A DNA stretch of 64,000 nt from NCBI GenBank assembly GCA_026129305.1, contig JAHCII010000006.1:1056-65055 (forward strand). The letters are read 5' to 3'. Positions 27,551 through 36,754 of this stretch are shown here, piece by piece (the stretch's first letter is position 1; each line of letters starts with the position of its first letter). Source of the DNA: Anaerolineales bacterium. GTDB lineage: Bacteria; Chloroflexota; Anaerolineae; Anaerolineales; UBA11579. The notes beneath the pieces were generated by a model. It searched no databases. It saw only the letters and a list, made by a program, of their open reading frames with translations, and was not told the DNA's origin. The position numbers and the translations under genes were made by a program.

Positions 27551-27580
27551 AGGCCCGCTATGTAGCGGGCCTTTTGTTTT
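27551..27580. terminator. bidirectional terminator (end of the rplT operon)
   Basis: AGGCCCGCT-ATGT-AGCGGGCCT followed by TTTTGTTTT. The minus-strand tail is TTGTTGTTT. Confidence 0.75.
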
Positions 27581-27592
27581 GAGGGTGACAGC

Positions 27593-27937
27593 CTAGTTGC
27601 TTTGCTGCACCAGGGCGCTGAAGGCCTTGGGGTCGTGCACGGCGATCTCGGCCAGCATCTTGCGGTTGACGCCGATGTTGGTCTTCTTGAAAGCGCTCAT
27701 CAGGCGGCTGTAAGTGGTGCCGTTGATGCGGGCGGCCGCATTGATGCGCGTGATCCACAAACCGCGCAGGTCGCGTTTGCGGTTGCGGCGGTCGCGGTAG
27801 GCGTACCACAGGCTCTTCAACAGCGCTTCGTTAGCGCGCTTGAACAGCTTGGAGCGCGAGCCGAACTGGCCCTTGGTGGCCTTCAGAACTCTTTGGTGCC
27901 GCTTGCGGCGGGTGATACCGGTCTTTACTCTTGCCAT
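27593..27937 (-). CDS. rplT: 50S ribosomal protein L20
   Basis: [38 protein letters not shown]... Confidence 0.97.
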   Translation of the reverse strand: MARVKTGITRRKRHQRVLKATKGQFGSRSKLFKRANEALLKSLWYAYRDRRNRKRDLRGLWITRINAAARINGTTYSRLMSAFKKTNIGVNRKMLAEIAVHDPKAFSALVQQSN

Positions 27938-27946
27938 GATTGCCTC

Positions 27947-28198
27947 TTACTTCGCCGTGTGGGTGCTGGGGTTGGCGCGGTACTTATGCATGTAGGGCGC
28001 CAAGCGACGGATGCGCTTGATGAACCCCTTGCCCTTGACGGGGATCATTTCACTGAACAGGGCCGCGGTGCGGGAGGAAGTGCGCCGGCGCAAGTGGCTC
28101 TTGCCGCCCTTGGTGCGCACCAATTTGCCCGAACCGGTCAAGCGGAAGCGCTTGGCGGTGGCCTTGTGGGTCTTCATTCGGAACTTTTTAACTGCCAC
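27947..28198 (-). CDS. rpmI: 50S ribosomal protein L35
   Basis: KMKTHKATAKRFRLTGSGKLVRTKGGKSHL. GTG start at 28198 with a GGAG RBS 6 nt upstream. Confidence 0.9.
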   Translation of the reverse strand: MAVKKFRMKTHKATAKRFRLTGSGKLVRTKGGKSHLRRRTSSRTAALFSEMIPVKGKGFIKRIRRLAPYMHKYRANPSTHTAK

Positions 28199-28207
28199 GC
28201 TAAACTC

Positions 28208-28810
28208 CTACTCTGCCGCTTCTTCAAGTTCTTCGGCAGGTTGTGCTTGATTTGTGTCTTCGGCCTCAGGTTTTTCCACCTGGGCGGCTTTGGCAGCCCC
28301 TTCGTTAGGGGCCAGCACCATCAGCAGTGTGCGGCCTTCAAAGGCCGGGGCCTGCTCGATGAATGAGACATCCTGCAATTCTGCGGCGATCTCCTTGAGG
28401 TCTTGCAAAGCGATCTCAGGATAATCACGTTCACGGCCGCGGAAACGGATGCGCACGCGCACCTTTTTGCCTTCCAGCAACCAACCGCGGGCCGCCTTGG
28501 TCTTGAAACCGCGGTGGTGTTCGGTGGTCTTGGGGCGCAGACGGATCTCTTTGATCTCGATCTTCTTCTGCGCCTTGCGGGCCTCGCGCTCCTTCTTGGT
28601 GCGCTCGTAGGTGAACTTGCCGTAATTGACTACCCGGCAAACCGGAGGTTTCGAATTGGCGGCAACCTCCACCAAGTCCAGACCTGCGGCTTCGGCGATG
28701 CGCAGGGCTTCCTCAATGGAAACCACACCGCGGTTCTCGCCGTCACCGTCGATCAGACGGACTTCTTTTGCCCGGATGGCTCTATTTACCCGGTAATCGG
28801 ATGTACTAAT
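28208..28810 (-). CDS. infC: translation initiation factor IF-3, ATT start codon
   Basis: The reading frame extends upstream of the track start: (ATT)STSDYRVNRAIRAKEVRLIDGDGENRGVVSIEEAL... AAGGAGA RBS at 28819-28825, 8 nt before the ATT at 28810-28808. Confidence 0.9.
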   Translation of the reverse strand: MSTSDYRVNRAIRAKEVRLIDGDGENRGVVSIEEALRIAEAAGLDLVEVAANSKPPVCRVVNYGKFTYERTKKEREARKAQKKIEIKEIRLRPKTTEHHRGFKTKAARGWLLEGKKVRVRIRFRGRERDYPEIALQDLKEIAAELQDVSFIEQAPAFEGRTLLMVLAPNEGAAKAAQVEKPEAEDTNQAQPAEELEEAAE

Positions 28811-28964
28811 CTGTATATTCTCCTTGCCACTTGGTGCTTATATGGGCGGGCCGCATCATACCATACCCCTTTGAAAGGAGTCAACCGACTCTGTCACGCG
28901 CACCTTTTGCGGGTTTTGTGTGTTTATACCGTTATCTGCGCCGTTCGCACTCAGGAGAAGCAAG

Positions 28965-29339
28965 ATGGCCAGCCCGTACGCCCTGGTCGTCGAAGACGAC
29001 CCGCAAGTCGCCGGATTGTTCAGGATCGCCCTGCAAGACGCCGGCTATCAAACCGAAGTTCTGGATAATGGTCATAAGGCTCAAGTCAGCCTGATGTTCA
29101 CCGCGCCCGATCTGATCTTGCTGGACCTGCACCTGCCCGCCCTGGATGGCGGCGTGCTCCTGCGCCAGATCCGCAGCCAGTCCCGCCTGGCGCACACCCG
29201 CGTAATGTTGGTCACCGGCGACGAGGCCGGCGCCCAGCGCTTTGCAGGCCAGGTGGACAGCACGCTCTACAAGCCGGTGGGCTACGACCAGGTCCACCAA
29301 GTGGCCCGCCAGCTTATGCCACTCTTTGCCAGTTCCTGA
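28965..29339 (+). CDS. stand-alone response regulator receiver (CheY-like)
   Basis: AGGAGA RBS. Motifs ALVVEDD, LILLDLHLP (phospho-acceptor Asp) and YKPV. Confidence 0.88.
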   Translation: MASPYALVVEDDPQVAGLFRIALQDAGYQTEVLDNGHKAQVSLMFTAPDLILLDLHLPALDGGVLLRQIRSQSRLAHTRVMLVTGDEAGAQRFAGQVDSTLYKPVGYDQVHQVARQLMPLFASS

Positions 29340-29346
29340 ATGAATT

Positions 29347-30993
29347 TTATAGATCGACCGTGGCCGAATGAATGCCGGTGGCCCCGCTGGGGATCGTGTC
29401 GCGCGGCGTCAGGTCTTGCAATTGGCCGCTACCGTCGTAGGCGCGCACGCTGATGGTGTGCCGGCCGCGCTCGTAAGGCCAGCCATACTTCCATAACGTC
29501 CAATTTAACGGGCTCAATTCCGGCTGGATCAGTTCGGCGGCCTGCCAGCCCTGGCTGTCCACTTGCACTTCCACCTTGCTGATGCCGCGCGCCCCCGCCC
29601 AGGCAATGCCGCCGGTATAGACCATGCCCTCGGCGCCTTCGCCTGGTTCGACCATCACCGTGTCCACCACCGAGACGGTGTGCGGGATGGCCTCTCGGTC
29701 CCAACCGCGGCGCACCCAGTACCCGTCTACGCGCTCGGACACGAATTCGATGCTGGTGATCCACTTGGGTTGCTTCATGCCGTAGCGGTTGGGGATGTAG
29801 ATGCGCAGCGGGTAGCCATGCTCAGAAGGTAGCGGCTCATCGTTCATGGCGTAGACCAGCATGCAGCGCTCGTCCTGCAGATCCTCCAGGGTCACGAATT
29901 CATCAAAGCCGTCTGCGGCGGTGATGTGGGCGCCCACCACGCCGGCCTGCGGGCCGACCTCGGCCAGCAGGTAGGGCAGCGGCACGCCGGTCCAGCGGCT
30001 GGAAGAGGTCAGGTCGCCGCCAATCGGGTTGGAAATGCACTGCATGGTCAGGATCTGGGTTTGGGCTGGCAGGCTGCGGATATCGCTGAGGCTGAGCAGC
30101 CGCGGATGGTTGACCAGGCCGTGCACCTGCACGCGCCAGCTGCTTTCGGCCACCTGCGGCGCCAGGGTGTTAATGTCGATGCGGTAGAAATCCGCGGTGG
30201 AGGTCAGCTCTGGCCGCGTGCCCGGCACGGGCGCCGGGCGCCCGGCCAGCGTTTCGGCCGAGGGCGAGGCGGCCGGCCCGGAGGTGAACTGGCTGCCAAA
30301 GGGGTCATTGGGGTCCAGCGCCTGGGCGGCCCCTGCGCTGCGCCCTGGCAGCCGTTTGGGGCTGCTAAAGAGCTGCGCCAGCCCCCAGCTGCCCAGGGCC
30401 GCGGCGGCCAGCCCGGCGCCGCTGACGCGCAGGAACTGGCGGCGCGAGAGCGGGTTGCTGTGTGCGGCCCGGCCGCGCTGCAGCAGCGCCGCCAAGCCCC
30501 AGCCCCAACCCACCAGCAGCACTGCCAGCCAGACCATGGCAAAGCCGCGCAGGGCCTTGCCCAGAGTGATCTCGATCAGCAGTACCCCGGCCAACAGCGC
30601 CAGCCCGGCCAGTTGGCCGTAAAAGCTCAGTTGGCCCGGGTTGCGCCGGGCTTGCCAACCCAGCAGGGCGCCCAGGCCGCCGCCGGCAGCCACCAGCAGG
30701 CCCAAGGCCATGCCCTGTTCGGTCAGCTTGGCAGTGTCCGAGATGTTGCCAATCGGCAGGATGTTCTGCAGGGCGCGGATGACCGCCACCATGCCCGAGA
30801 TGACTGAGCCGATCAGCCAGCCGGGCAGTACGCGCGCCAGCCAGTCGAACAGGTCAAAGGGCACAAAGGGCAGGGCCCACAGTCGGCTGCCCATCCACAG
30901 CAGGGCCAGCACGGCCAGGCTGCTCAGCAAGCCCAGCCACAGGCCCAAGGCGATCAGGGAGCCCTCTTGTTTAGGGGTTTTGGGATCAGCCAT
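29347..30993 (-). CDS. molybdopterin-dependent oxidoreductase (sulfite-oxidase/YedY fold) with an N-terminal polytopic membrane domain
   Basis: About 6 TM helices, then the internal twin-arginine-like RRQFLRVSGAGLAAAALG. This is followed by the Moco domain (MQCISNPIGG, EHGYPLRIYIPNRYGMKQPKWI) and an Ig-like C-terminus. Confidence 0.85.
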   Translation of the reverse strand: MADPKTPKQEGSLIALGLWLGLLSSLAVLALLWMGSRLWALPFVPFDLFDWLARVLPGWLIGSVISGMVAVIRALQNILPIGNISDTAKLTEQGMALGLLVAAGGGLGALLGWQARRNPGQLSFYGQLAGLALLAGVLLIEITLGKALRGFAMVWLAVLLVGWGWGLAALLQRGRAAHSNPLSRRQFLRVSGAGLAAAALGSWGLAQLFSSPKRLPGRSAGAAQALDPNDPFGSQFTSGPAASPSAETLAGRPAPVPGTRPELTSTADFYRIDINTLAPQVAESSWRVQVHGLVNHPRLLSLSDIRSLPAQTQILTMQCISNPIGGDLTSSSRWTGVPLPYLLAEVGPQAGVVGAHITAADGFDEFVTLEDLQDERCMLVYAMNDEPLPSEHGYPLRIYIPNRYGMKQPKWITSIEFVSERVDGYWVRRGWDREAIPHTVSVVDTVMVEPGEGAEGMVYTGGIAWAGARGISKVEVQVDSQGWQAAELIQPELSPLNWTLWKYGWPYERGRHTISVRAYDGSGQLQDLTPRDTIPSGATGIHSATVDL

Positions 30994-31057
30994 GGTTTAA
31001 CGTTCCGTAATCATTATAGGAGCGTTCGCCTGCCGGCAGGTTGGCGCGGGATAAGAA

Positions 31058-31375
31058 TCAACCCTTGGCTGGCGGTTCTTTGGTTTGCTGGCGGCGCACC
31101 AGCCAAACAATGAAGACGATCACCAGGTAGGCTGCCAGCATCATCAGGCCCAGCGGGATGGAGGCGATGGCCAGCCAGCCCATCATACCCATGCCGTACA
31201 GCGTCTCGCCATAGTCACGGCCGCCGATGATGCAGGGGTTGACAAAGCCTTCATGTAGGGTGCAGCCGTTGGCCTCGGCCACCCAGCCGGCGCCCAGCGC
31301 CAGGCTGAGCGGGCCGCAGGTGATGGCGGCGATAAGCAGCAGCGCGGTGATATGCACCCACCAGATCTTTTTCAT
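31058..31375 (-). CDS. small membrane protein
   Basis: 105 aa with 3 hydrophobic segments. Overlaps the upstream gene stop codon by 4 nt. Confidence 0.55.
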   Translation of the reverse strand: MKKIWWVHITALLLIAAITCGPLSLALGAGWVAEANGCTLHEGFVNPCIIGGRDYGETLYGMGMMGWLAIASIPLGLMMLAAYLVIVFIVWLVRRQQTKEPPAKG

Positions 31376-31758
31376 GGTTTGAGCACCTCTCCAAAGGCGA
31401 TGTCGTGTCCGTCCGGGTCTTGCACGCCAAATTCACGCGTGCCCCAAGGCGTAGTGTACAACGTAAAGTCGATCGGCGCGCCGCGCTGCTTTGCCTCGGC
31501 GTACAGCGCGTCCACATCCGCCACCCAAATGTAGATATTGTTGGTCTTGGGCGCCACGCGCCAGTGGGGTAAGTGTGCGGCGCCTGCCGGCTTCTGGGCC
31601 AGCATGATGTGGACCTGGTCGCGGCCGATGATGGCGAAGTCGGCTGGATGGTTGTACAGGTCAATCTGGGGGAAGCCGAGTTGGTCACGAAAAAAGCTGC
31701 TGGAAACGACCACATCGGCTACCAACAGTACCGGGGCCGCTTCCAGCAGCTTTGTCAT
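31372..31758 (-). CDS. VOC/glyoxalase-bleomycin-resistance family protein
   Basis: PVLLVADVVVSSSFFRDQLGF...REFGVQDPDGHDIAFGE. Confidence 0.8.
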   Translation of the reverse strand: MTKLLEAAPVLLVADVVVSSSFFRDQLGFPQIDLYNHPADFAIIGRDQVHIMLAQKPAGAAHLPHWRVAPKTNNIYIWVADVDALYAEAKQRGAPIDFTLYTTPWGTREFGVQDPDGHDIAFGEVLKP

Positions 31759-31773
31759 CTCGGAGAGTTCCTG

Positions 31774-32805
31774 CTAGCCGGCGCTGGGCTGGTTGCGGAA
31801 GCGCCGGGCGTATTCACGCCAGCTGATCAGCTTGTGGGTTTGCTCGTCCCACAGGTGCAGGAAGATGCTCTGCAGGCTGCTCAGCAAGGTGATGGTCTTG
31901 ACCTGTTGGAAGCTGGGGTTCTCGTAGTGAGCCTGCTCCAGGTTGTAGTTGGGGATCTTGGGGCTGAGGTGGTGCAGGTGATGGAAGCCAATGTTACCGC
32001 TGAACCACTGCAGCACCTTAGGCAGCTTGAAGAAGGAGGAACCGCGCAAAGCCGCCTCGGCATAATCCCACTCTTCGTGCCAGCGCCAGTAAGTGTCTTC
32101 GAACTGGTGCTGCACGTAGAACAGGTACACGCCGACGGTGGCTACGAAGATCATCATCGGCAGCCACATCTTGACCAAATTCATGTAGCCGATCTGCGAA
32201 CCGACGCCAAAGAAGATCAGCGCCAACATCAGGTTGGTGAACAGCACGCTGTTGCGGTCCTGAGCATTCTTGAGGTGTTGGCCTTTGGGGATGCGATGCA
32301 GGACGATGAACAAGATGCTGGGGCCGATCACGAACAACACCAGCGGGTGACGGTAGAAGCGATAGCGCAGCTTGCCCCAGACAGAGAGAGCCTGGTATTC
32401 GTTGACCGTGATGGTATCCACATCGCCAATGCCGCGGAAGTCCAGGTCGCCGGAGTTGGCATGGTGGCGGGCATGCGAGCTGCGCCAGGCGTAGTAGGGC
32501 GTTAGGGTCAGTACGCCCAAAAGCGTGCCGACGCGGTTGTTCCACTTGGTGGATTTAAAGAAGGAGTTGTGGCCGCAGTCGTGCTGAATGATGAAGATGC
32601 GCATCAGGAACAGGCCGTTAAGGAAGGCCAGCGCCAGAGTGAGCAGATAGTTGACTTGCAGGCTGTAGTACATCAGCACCCAAATAGCGAAGAAGGGCAC
32701 CAGGCTGTTGACCAGCTGCCAAATGCTCTTGCGGTGATCGGGCACGGTATATTTTTTGACGATCTCTACCCAGGCGGGTTTGGTGCGCACAGCGGTTTCT
32801 TGCAT
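31774..32805 (-). CDS. membrane fatty-acid desaturase
   Basis: Three His boxes: HDCGH, HARHH and HHLHH. Confidence 0.9.
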   Translation of the reverse strand: MQETAVRTKPAWVEIVKKYTVPDHRKSIWQLVNSLVPFFAIWVLMYYSLQVNYLLTLALAFLNGLFLMRIFIIQHDCGHNSFFKSTKWNNRVGTLLGVLTLTPYYAWRSSHARHHANSGDLDFRGIGDVDTITVNEYQALSVWGKLRYRFYRHPLVLFVIGPSILFIVLHRIPKGQHLKNAQDRNSVLFTNLMLALIFFGVGSQIGYMNLVKMWLPMMIFVATVGVYLFYVQHQFEDTYWRWHEEWDYAEAALRGSSFFKLPKVLQWFSGNIGFHHLHHLSPKIPNYNLEQAHYENPSFQQVKTITLLSSLQSIFLHLWDEQTHKLISWREYARRFRNQPSAG

Positions 32806-32907
32806 TGCGAATACTCCAGTACAAAGATGGCTGATTGTAGCAGGCTTTGCCGGGTGAAGGCGCGTTCAAAGACGCCGGACGGCGTTTTTGATTAGAAAAA
32901 ACCTGCG

Positions 32908-33654
32908 TTATTGTCGAATATCTACGAAATTCTCTACCAGGACGCGGTCAAAAAGACGCAGCCAGAGCACATTGAGCAGGCGCATGACCGTTTCGGTGAA
33001 AGCGCGCCACAGCGAGGCATAGCGTCGTCCCGAGGCATCCACCGTGATGTCTGGCAGTAGTGTGACCTTGCCGTGCTTGGAGAGCTGCAGGCCAAGATAG
33101 GTGTCGGCCTGAGTGTTGATCTGCGGGTCATGGCCGCCCACGGCCAGATAGGCTTCCTTCTTGAAGGACATATTCATGCCGACCATGGTGGCGATGGTGA
33201 AACGGAAGGAAATGCGATTGAGTACGCGCACCAGCCAGCGGATCAGCTCGTGGCCGTCGTAAAACTCGAAGCCGCCGCCAACCCCCACCAGTTCGGGGTC
33301 ACGCTGGTAAGCGGCGTGGAGCTTGTTGAGCCAACTGGGAGGTACGCGGGTATCGCTGTCGGTCATGGCGATGATCTCGCCCCGGGCGGCATGGATGCCG
33401 ACGATGGCGGCATGCACGTAGCCTTTTTCGGTGGAGCGCACGACGCTGGCGCCCAAACTCTGCGCGATTTCGGCTGTGCGGTCGGTGGAGTTGTTGTCGC
33501 TGACGATGATTTCGCAGGGGACGCCGGCGCGATCCACGGCCTGATTGACGTGCTGCAGGCAGATGGCCAGCACGCGTTCTTCGTTATATGCCGGAATCAC
33601 TACGGAAATAACCGGTTTGGGTGGCACAGGCTGAGTATACAAGAGACCCCGCAA
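32908..33654 (-). CDS. glycosyltransferase family 2
   Basis: SVVIPAYNEE...DNNSTDRT...MTDSDT (DxD). Confidence 0.88.
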   Translation of the reverse strand: MRGLLYTQPVPPKPVISVVIPAYNEERVLAICLQHVNQAVDRAGVPCEIIVSDNNSTDRTAEIAQSLGASVVRSTEKGYVHAAIVGIHAARGEIIAMTDSDTRVPPSWLNKLHAAYQRDPELVGVGGGFEFYDGHELIRWLVRVLNRISFRFTIATMVGMNMSFKKEAYLAVGGHDPQINTQADTYLGLQLSKHGKVTLLPDITVDASGRRYASLWRAFTETVMRLLNVLWLRLFDRVLVENFVDIRQ

Positions 33655-33761
33655 AGGAAAATTAAAGGTGGCTGAGCGCTATACGCTTCTGTATTAGATA
33701 ACACTTGACGGCCAAGTTTCGTTATGTTTGGTGCAATTACATCCAACCTGAGGAGGAAAGT

Positions 33762-33905
33762 ATGCGCAGAAATTTTGGTTTCACCCTTTTGGCAATTTGG
33801 TTGATTTTGACTGGCTTGGCTGAGTTTGTTGCTTTGGGCAGCATTGGCACCCTGTTGAACATTTTGGCGCTGGTGTCTGGTGTGCTTATCCTGATCGGAC
33901 GTTAA
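33762..33905 (+). CDS. 47-aa two-helix membrane peptide
   Basis: GAGGAGGA RBS. Sequence MRRNFGFTLLAIWLILTGLAEFVALGSIGTLLNILALVSGVLILIGR. A strong terminator follows. Confidence 0.6.
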   Translation: MRRNFGFTLLAIWLILTGLAEFVALGSIGTLLNILALVSGVLILIGR

Positions 33906-33970
33906 TTCCCCCCACAGCCCGCCCGGCGAGTAAGTGGCTGGGCAGCCCCGGTTGCCGCTGGGGTCCTCTC

Positions 33971-34010
33971 AAAAAGGCCATCCGCACTCTGTGCGGGTGG
34001 CCCTTTTGTT
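33971..34010 (+). terminator. intrinsic terminator
   Basis: GGCCATCCGCAC-TCT-GTGCGGGTGGCC followed by TTTTGTTGTTG. Confidence 0.75.
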
Positions 34011-34336
34011 GTTGTGTAGCCATGCGGTCGCTGCCATCGATGGTGGCTTTTTATGTCGCTTGTGTAGCTCGTATTGTCCAGTGCGCCGTGGGTGCGGGCT
34101 GGCGGCCCCATGGTGTCCGCCGCCCGCTGTCCCCCTGCGCGGCCTCCTGCCGGCGTCCCGGCAGCCTGGTTGGGCTGAGGCGGCTTGCTGAGCTGTCCCC
34201 CAAGGGCTGGCCGACCCTCGTGAACTCCGCTTGCCAGCGAAAACGCTTCAGTCTTCCCGGGTGGAAGGTTGGCCTATTAATGCCACAAGTTGGATGAGAA
34301 GCAAGTGTTTGGGCGGCCTGTCAACGCCTCGACAAG

Positions 34337-34717
34337 TCAGGCTGTGTTGCGCAGCTGGCGCAGCATGACCACCGCCGCGAGAAAGAGCGCCATCTGGGCC
34401 GGCAGGTAGAAGAGGCCAATGGAGAAGCCCGCTAACAAGGTGAGGAGGAAGGGCGGCAGGCAGGCGGCCAGCGCCCACCCAGGCTTCTCTTGCAAATAGA
34501 ACACCAGCGGCGCACTGTAGAGCAGCAGGAAGATCACCAGGATCAGGGCGCCCCAGCCGCCCTGCGTCTCGAGCCAGGTGGTGCTGGTTGTGCTGCTGTT
34601 GCCCAGCGCGTCCATGGTCACGGCGGTGCCGCTGGGGGTCAGCAAAATGAACAACCCTGCCGCCAGGGCCAGCAGGCTGGCGGCCAACAAGGGGAAGCGC
34701 GGGAAGTAATTGTTCAT
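34337..34717 (-). CDS. membrane protein (4 TM), unknown function
   Basis: MNNYFPRFPLLAASLLALAAGLFILL... The track start at 34759 lies inside the palindromic repeat and was rejected. Confidence 0.6.
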   Translation of the reverse strand: MNNYFPRFPLLAASLLALAAGLFILLTPSGTAVTMDALGNSSTTSTTWLETQGGWGALILVIFLLLYSAPLVFYLQEKPGWALAACLPPFLLTLLAGFSIGLFYLPAQMALFLAAVVMLRQLRNTA

Positions 34718-34748
34718 TTGCCTATTGTAGCGGGTGCAAACAATGTAC

Positions 34749-34768
34749 GGGCGAGGCATGCCTCGCCC
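34749..34768. repeat. REP-like palindrome, variant copy GGGCGAGGCATGCCTCGCCC
   Basis: Perfect 20-bp palindrome. It shares the TGTAC GGGCG...CGCCC architecture with copy 1. It lies between the radA stop codon and the start of the next gene. Confidence 0.85.
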
Positions 34769-36208
34769 CTACGCGGGCTGTGAGGCCATCTCCAAAGCTT
34801 CGCGCAGCGTACGCGCCTCTTTTATGGTGATGCCCTTGGGCAGCTCTTCGCCGGCGCGCAAGCGCTTGGGCAGCACGGCGGTCTGGAAGCCCAAGGCGGC
34901 GGCTTCTTTGAGCCGCGCCGCCAACTGCGGCGCGGCGCGCAGCTCGCCGCTCAAGCCGACCTCGCCGATCAGCACCGTGTCGGCGCGCAGCGGTAGGTCC
35001 TTGCTCGAAGAATAGATGGCGGCCGCCAGCGCCAGGTCGGCGGCCGGCTCGCCGATGCGCAGCCCGCCGACCACATTGACGAAGACATCCTGGTCGCCCA
35101 GGCGCAGCCCCAGCCGGCGGGTCAGCACGGCTGTGATCAGCAGCAGGCGGTTTAGGTCCACGCCGTTGCCGGAGCGGCGCGGGTTGCCAAAGGCGCTGGG
35201 GCTGGTCAGCCCCTGCACTTCGACCAGCAGCGGGCGGGTGCCCTCCATCGTCACGGCGATGGCCGAGCCGGGCGCATTGACCACCCGTTCCGCCAGGAAG
35301 GCTTCTGAGGGGTTGGGCACTTCCTGCAGGCCCTGGCCGCGCATCTCGAAGACGCCGACCTCGTCGGTGGCGCCAAAGCGGTTCTTGACCGCCCGCAGCA
35401 GGCGGTAGCTGTGGAAGCGATCGCCCTCCAGGTAAAGCACGGTGTCGACCATGTGCTCCAGCAGGCGCGGGCCGGCGATAACGCCCTCTTTGGTCACATG
35501 CCCGATGAGGAAAACCGCCAGGCCACTTCCTTTAGCCAGCTGGCGGAAGCGGTCAGAGCACTCGCGCAGCTGCGTGACCGAACCCGCCGAAGAATCCACC
35601 GCGGGGTCATAGACGGTCTGGATCGAATCGATGATCAGCACGCGCGGCTTGACCGCCGCGACGTGCTGCAGAATGGCCTCGATGTTGGTTTCGGTGACCA
35701 GCAGCAGTTTATCCGGCAAGGGTTGGTCGCCGTTTGCCTGGTTCATGGGTTCGCGTGTGGCGTTGCTGTCGGCAACGCCGGCGGAACGGCGCAGCCGTTC
35801 CGCACGCATCTTGATCTGCCCGGGCGACTCCTCGCCCGAGACGTACAGCACCGTGTCGCTGGCAGCCAGTTCTATGGCGGTTTGCAGCAGTAAGGTGCTT
35901 TTGCCGATGCCGGGGTCGCCGCCCAGCAGCACCAGCGAGCCAGGCACCACGCCGCCGCCCAGCACGCGGCCGAACTCGCCGATGGAGAGCGCCATGCGCT
36001 GGTTCTCGGCGCCGCCCTCGATCTCGGCCAGCGGGCGCGGCTGGCTGCCCCCGCCGCGACCCTTGGCGGAGGCGCGACGCGGGCTGCTGCTTTCCAGGAT
36101 CTCTTCGGCGTAGGTGTTCCACTCGCCGCAGCCTGGGCAGCGCCCCAGCGGCTTGGCCGCTGCCCGCCCGCAGCTGGTGCATTTGTATTGGATGATGGTC
36201 TTGGCCAT
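34769..36208 (-). CDS. radA: DNA repair protein RadA/Sms
   Basis: Zinc finger CTSCG...CPGCGEWNT, Walker A GDPGIGKST, the KNRFG motif, and a Lon-like C-terminal domain. Confidence 0.95.
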   Translation of the reverse strand: MAKTIIQYKCTSCGRAAAKPLGRCPGCGEWNTYAEEILESSSPRRASAKGRGGGSQPRPLAEIEGGAENQRMALSIGEFGRVLGGGVVPGSLVLLGGDPGIGKSTLLLQTAIELAASDTVLYVSGEESPGQIKMRAERLRRSAGVADSNATREPMNQANGDQPLPDKLLLVTETNIEAILQHVAAVKPRVLIIDSIQTVYDPAVDSSAGSVTQLRECSDRFRQLAKGSGLAVFLIGHVTKEGVIAGPRLLEHMVDTVLYLEGDRFHSYRLLRAVKNRFGATDEVGVFEMRGQGLQEVPNPSEAFLAERVVNAPGSAIAVTMEGTRPLLVEVQGLTSPSAFGNPRRSGNGVDLNRLLLITAVLTRRLGLRLGDQDVFVNVVGGLRIGEPAADLALAAAIYSSSKDLPLRADTVLIGEVGLSGELRAAPQLAARLKEAAALGFQTAVLPKRLRAGEELPKGITIKEARTLREALEMASQPA

Positions 36209-36209
36209 G

Positions 36210-36707
36210 CTAACCTCCCGTGACCTGTTGGCGCATGTCCCAGCCCATCAGGTCGCCTTCCGGCACTTGGCCGGGGTGGCCCACGCGGTGCAGCATGTGC
36301 TGGATCTCGGCGCGGTGGTGCATGTTGTGGGTCACCAGGTGGCCGATGGCGCCGCCCAGCGTCTTTTGCTGCGGTGGGCGGTCCAGTACGTCTGTGAATA
36401 GCTGATCCAGGCGGCCCTCGCGCTCCGCTTGCAGGGCAAAAGCGGCGAAATCGCTGTAAGCCGCCTCTAGCCGGAAGAGCAGGTCCAGGGTGGAATTGGG
36501 CCGCGGGGCGGTACGCAGCGGGCGCTCCTGCATCAGGTCGCTCCACACTTCAATGTTGGCGATCATGTGCTCGAAGGTTAGGCGCAGCGTGCCCCAGCCG
36601 GCGTCGATGCGCCGGTCCAGCTGCTCGTCGCTGAGGGTCAGGCACACTTCCAGTAGCTCCCGGCTGCTCTCCAGGTCGTGGCCCAGGAAACGCTCCAGCA
36701 TATTCAT
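36210..36707 (-). CDS. DinB-family (DinB_2) four-helix-bundle metalloprotein
   Basis: His triad context (FEHMIANIEVW ... HLVTHNMHHRAEIQHML). Confidence 0.75.
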   Translation of the reverse strand: MNMLERFLGHDLESSRELLEVCLTLSDEQLDRRIDAGWGTLRLTFEHMIANIEVWSDLMQERPLRTAPRPNSTLDLLFRLEAAYSDFAAFALQAEREGRLDQLFTDVLDRPPQQKTLGGAIGHLVTHNMHHRAEIQHMLHRVGHPGQVPEGDLMGWDMRQQVTGG

Positions 36708-36754
36708 GCTGTCGATTGTACATCAAAAATAGAACAGATAAGCTAATTATTTAT

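Noticed and set aside
33934-34297. Track ORFs 33934..34191 (+), 34022..34297 (+) and 33902..34111 (-) in the long convergent intergenic gap.
   Set aside because: Their composition is Cys/Arg/Pro-rich and not protein-like. They have no RBS and they overlap a strong terminator and GC-rich hairpins.
34718-34759. Upstream start MPRPYIV... for the membrane protein at 34337.
   Set aside because: These codons lie within the GGGCGAGGCATGCCTCGCCC palindrome and its flank. The protein-like hydrophobic sequence begins at MNNYFPRF (34717).
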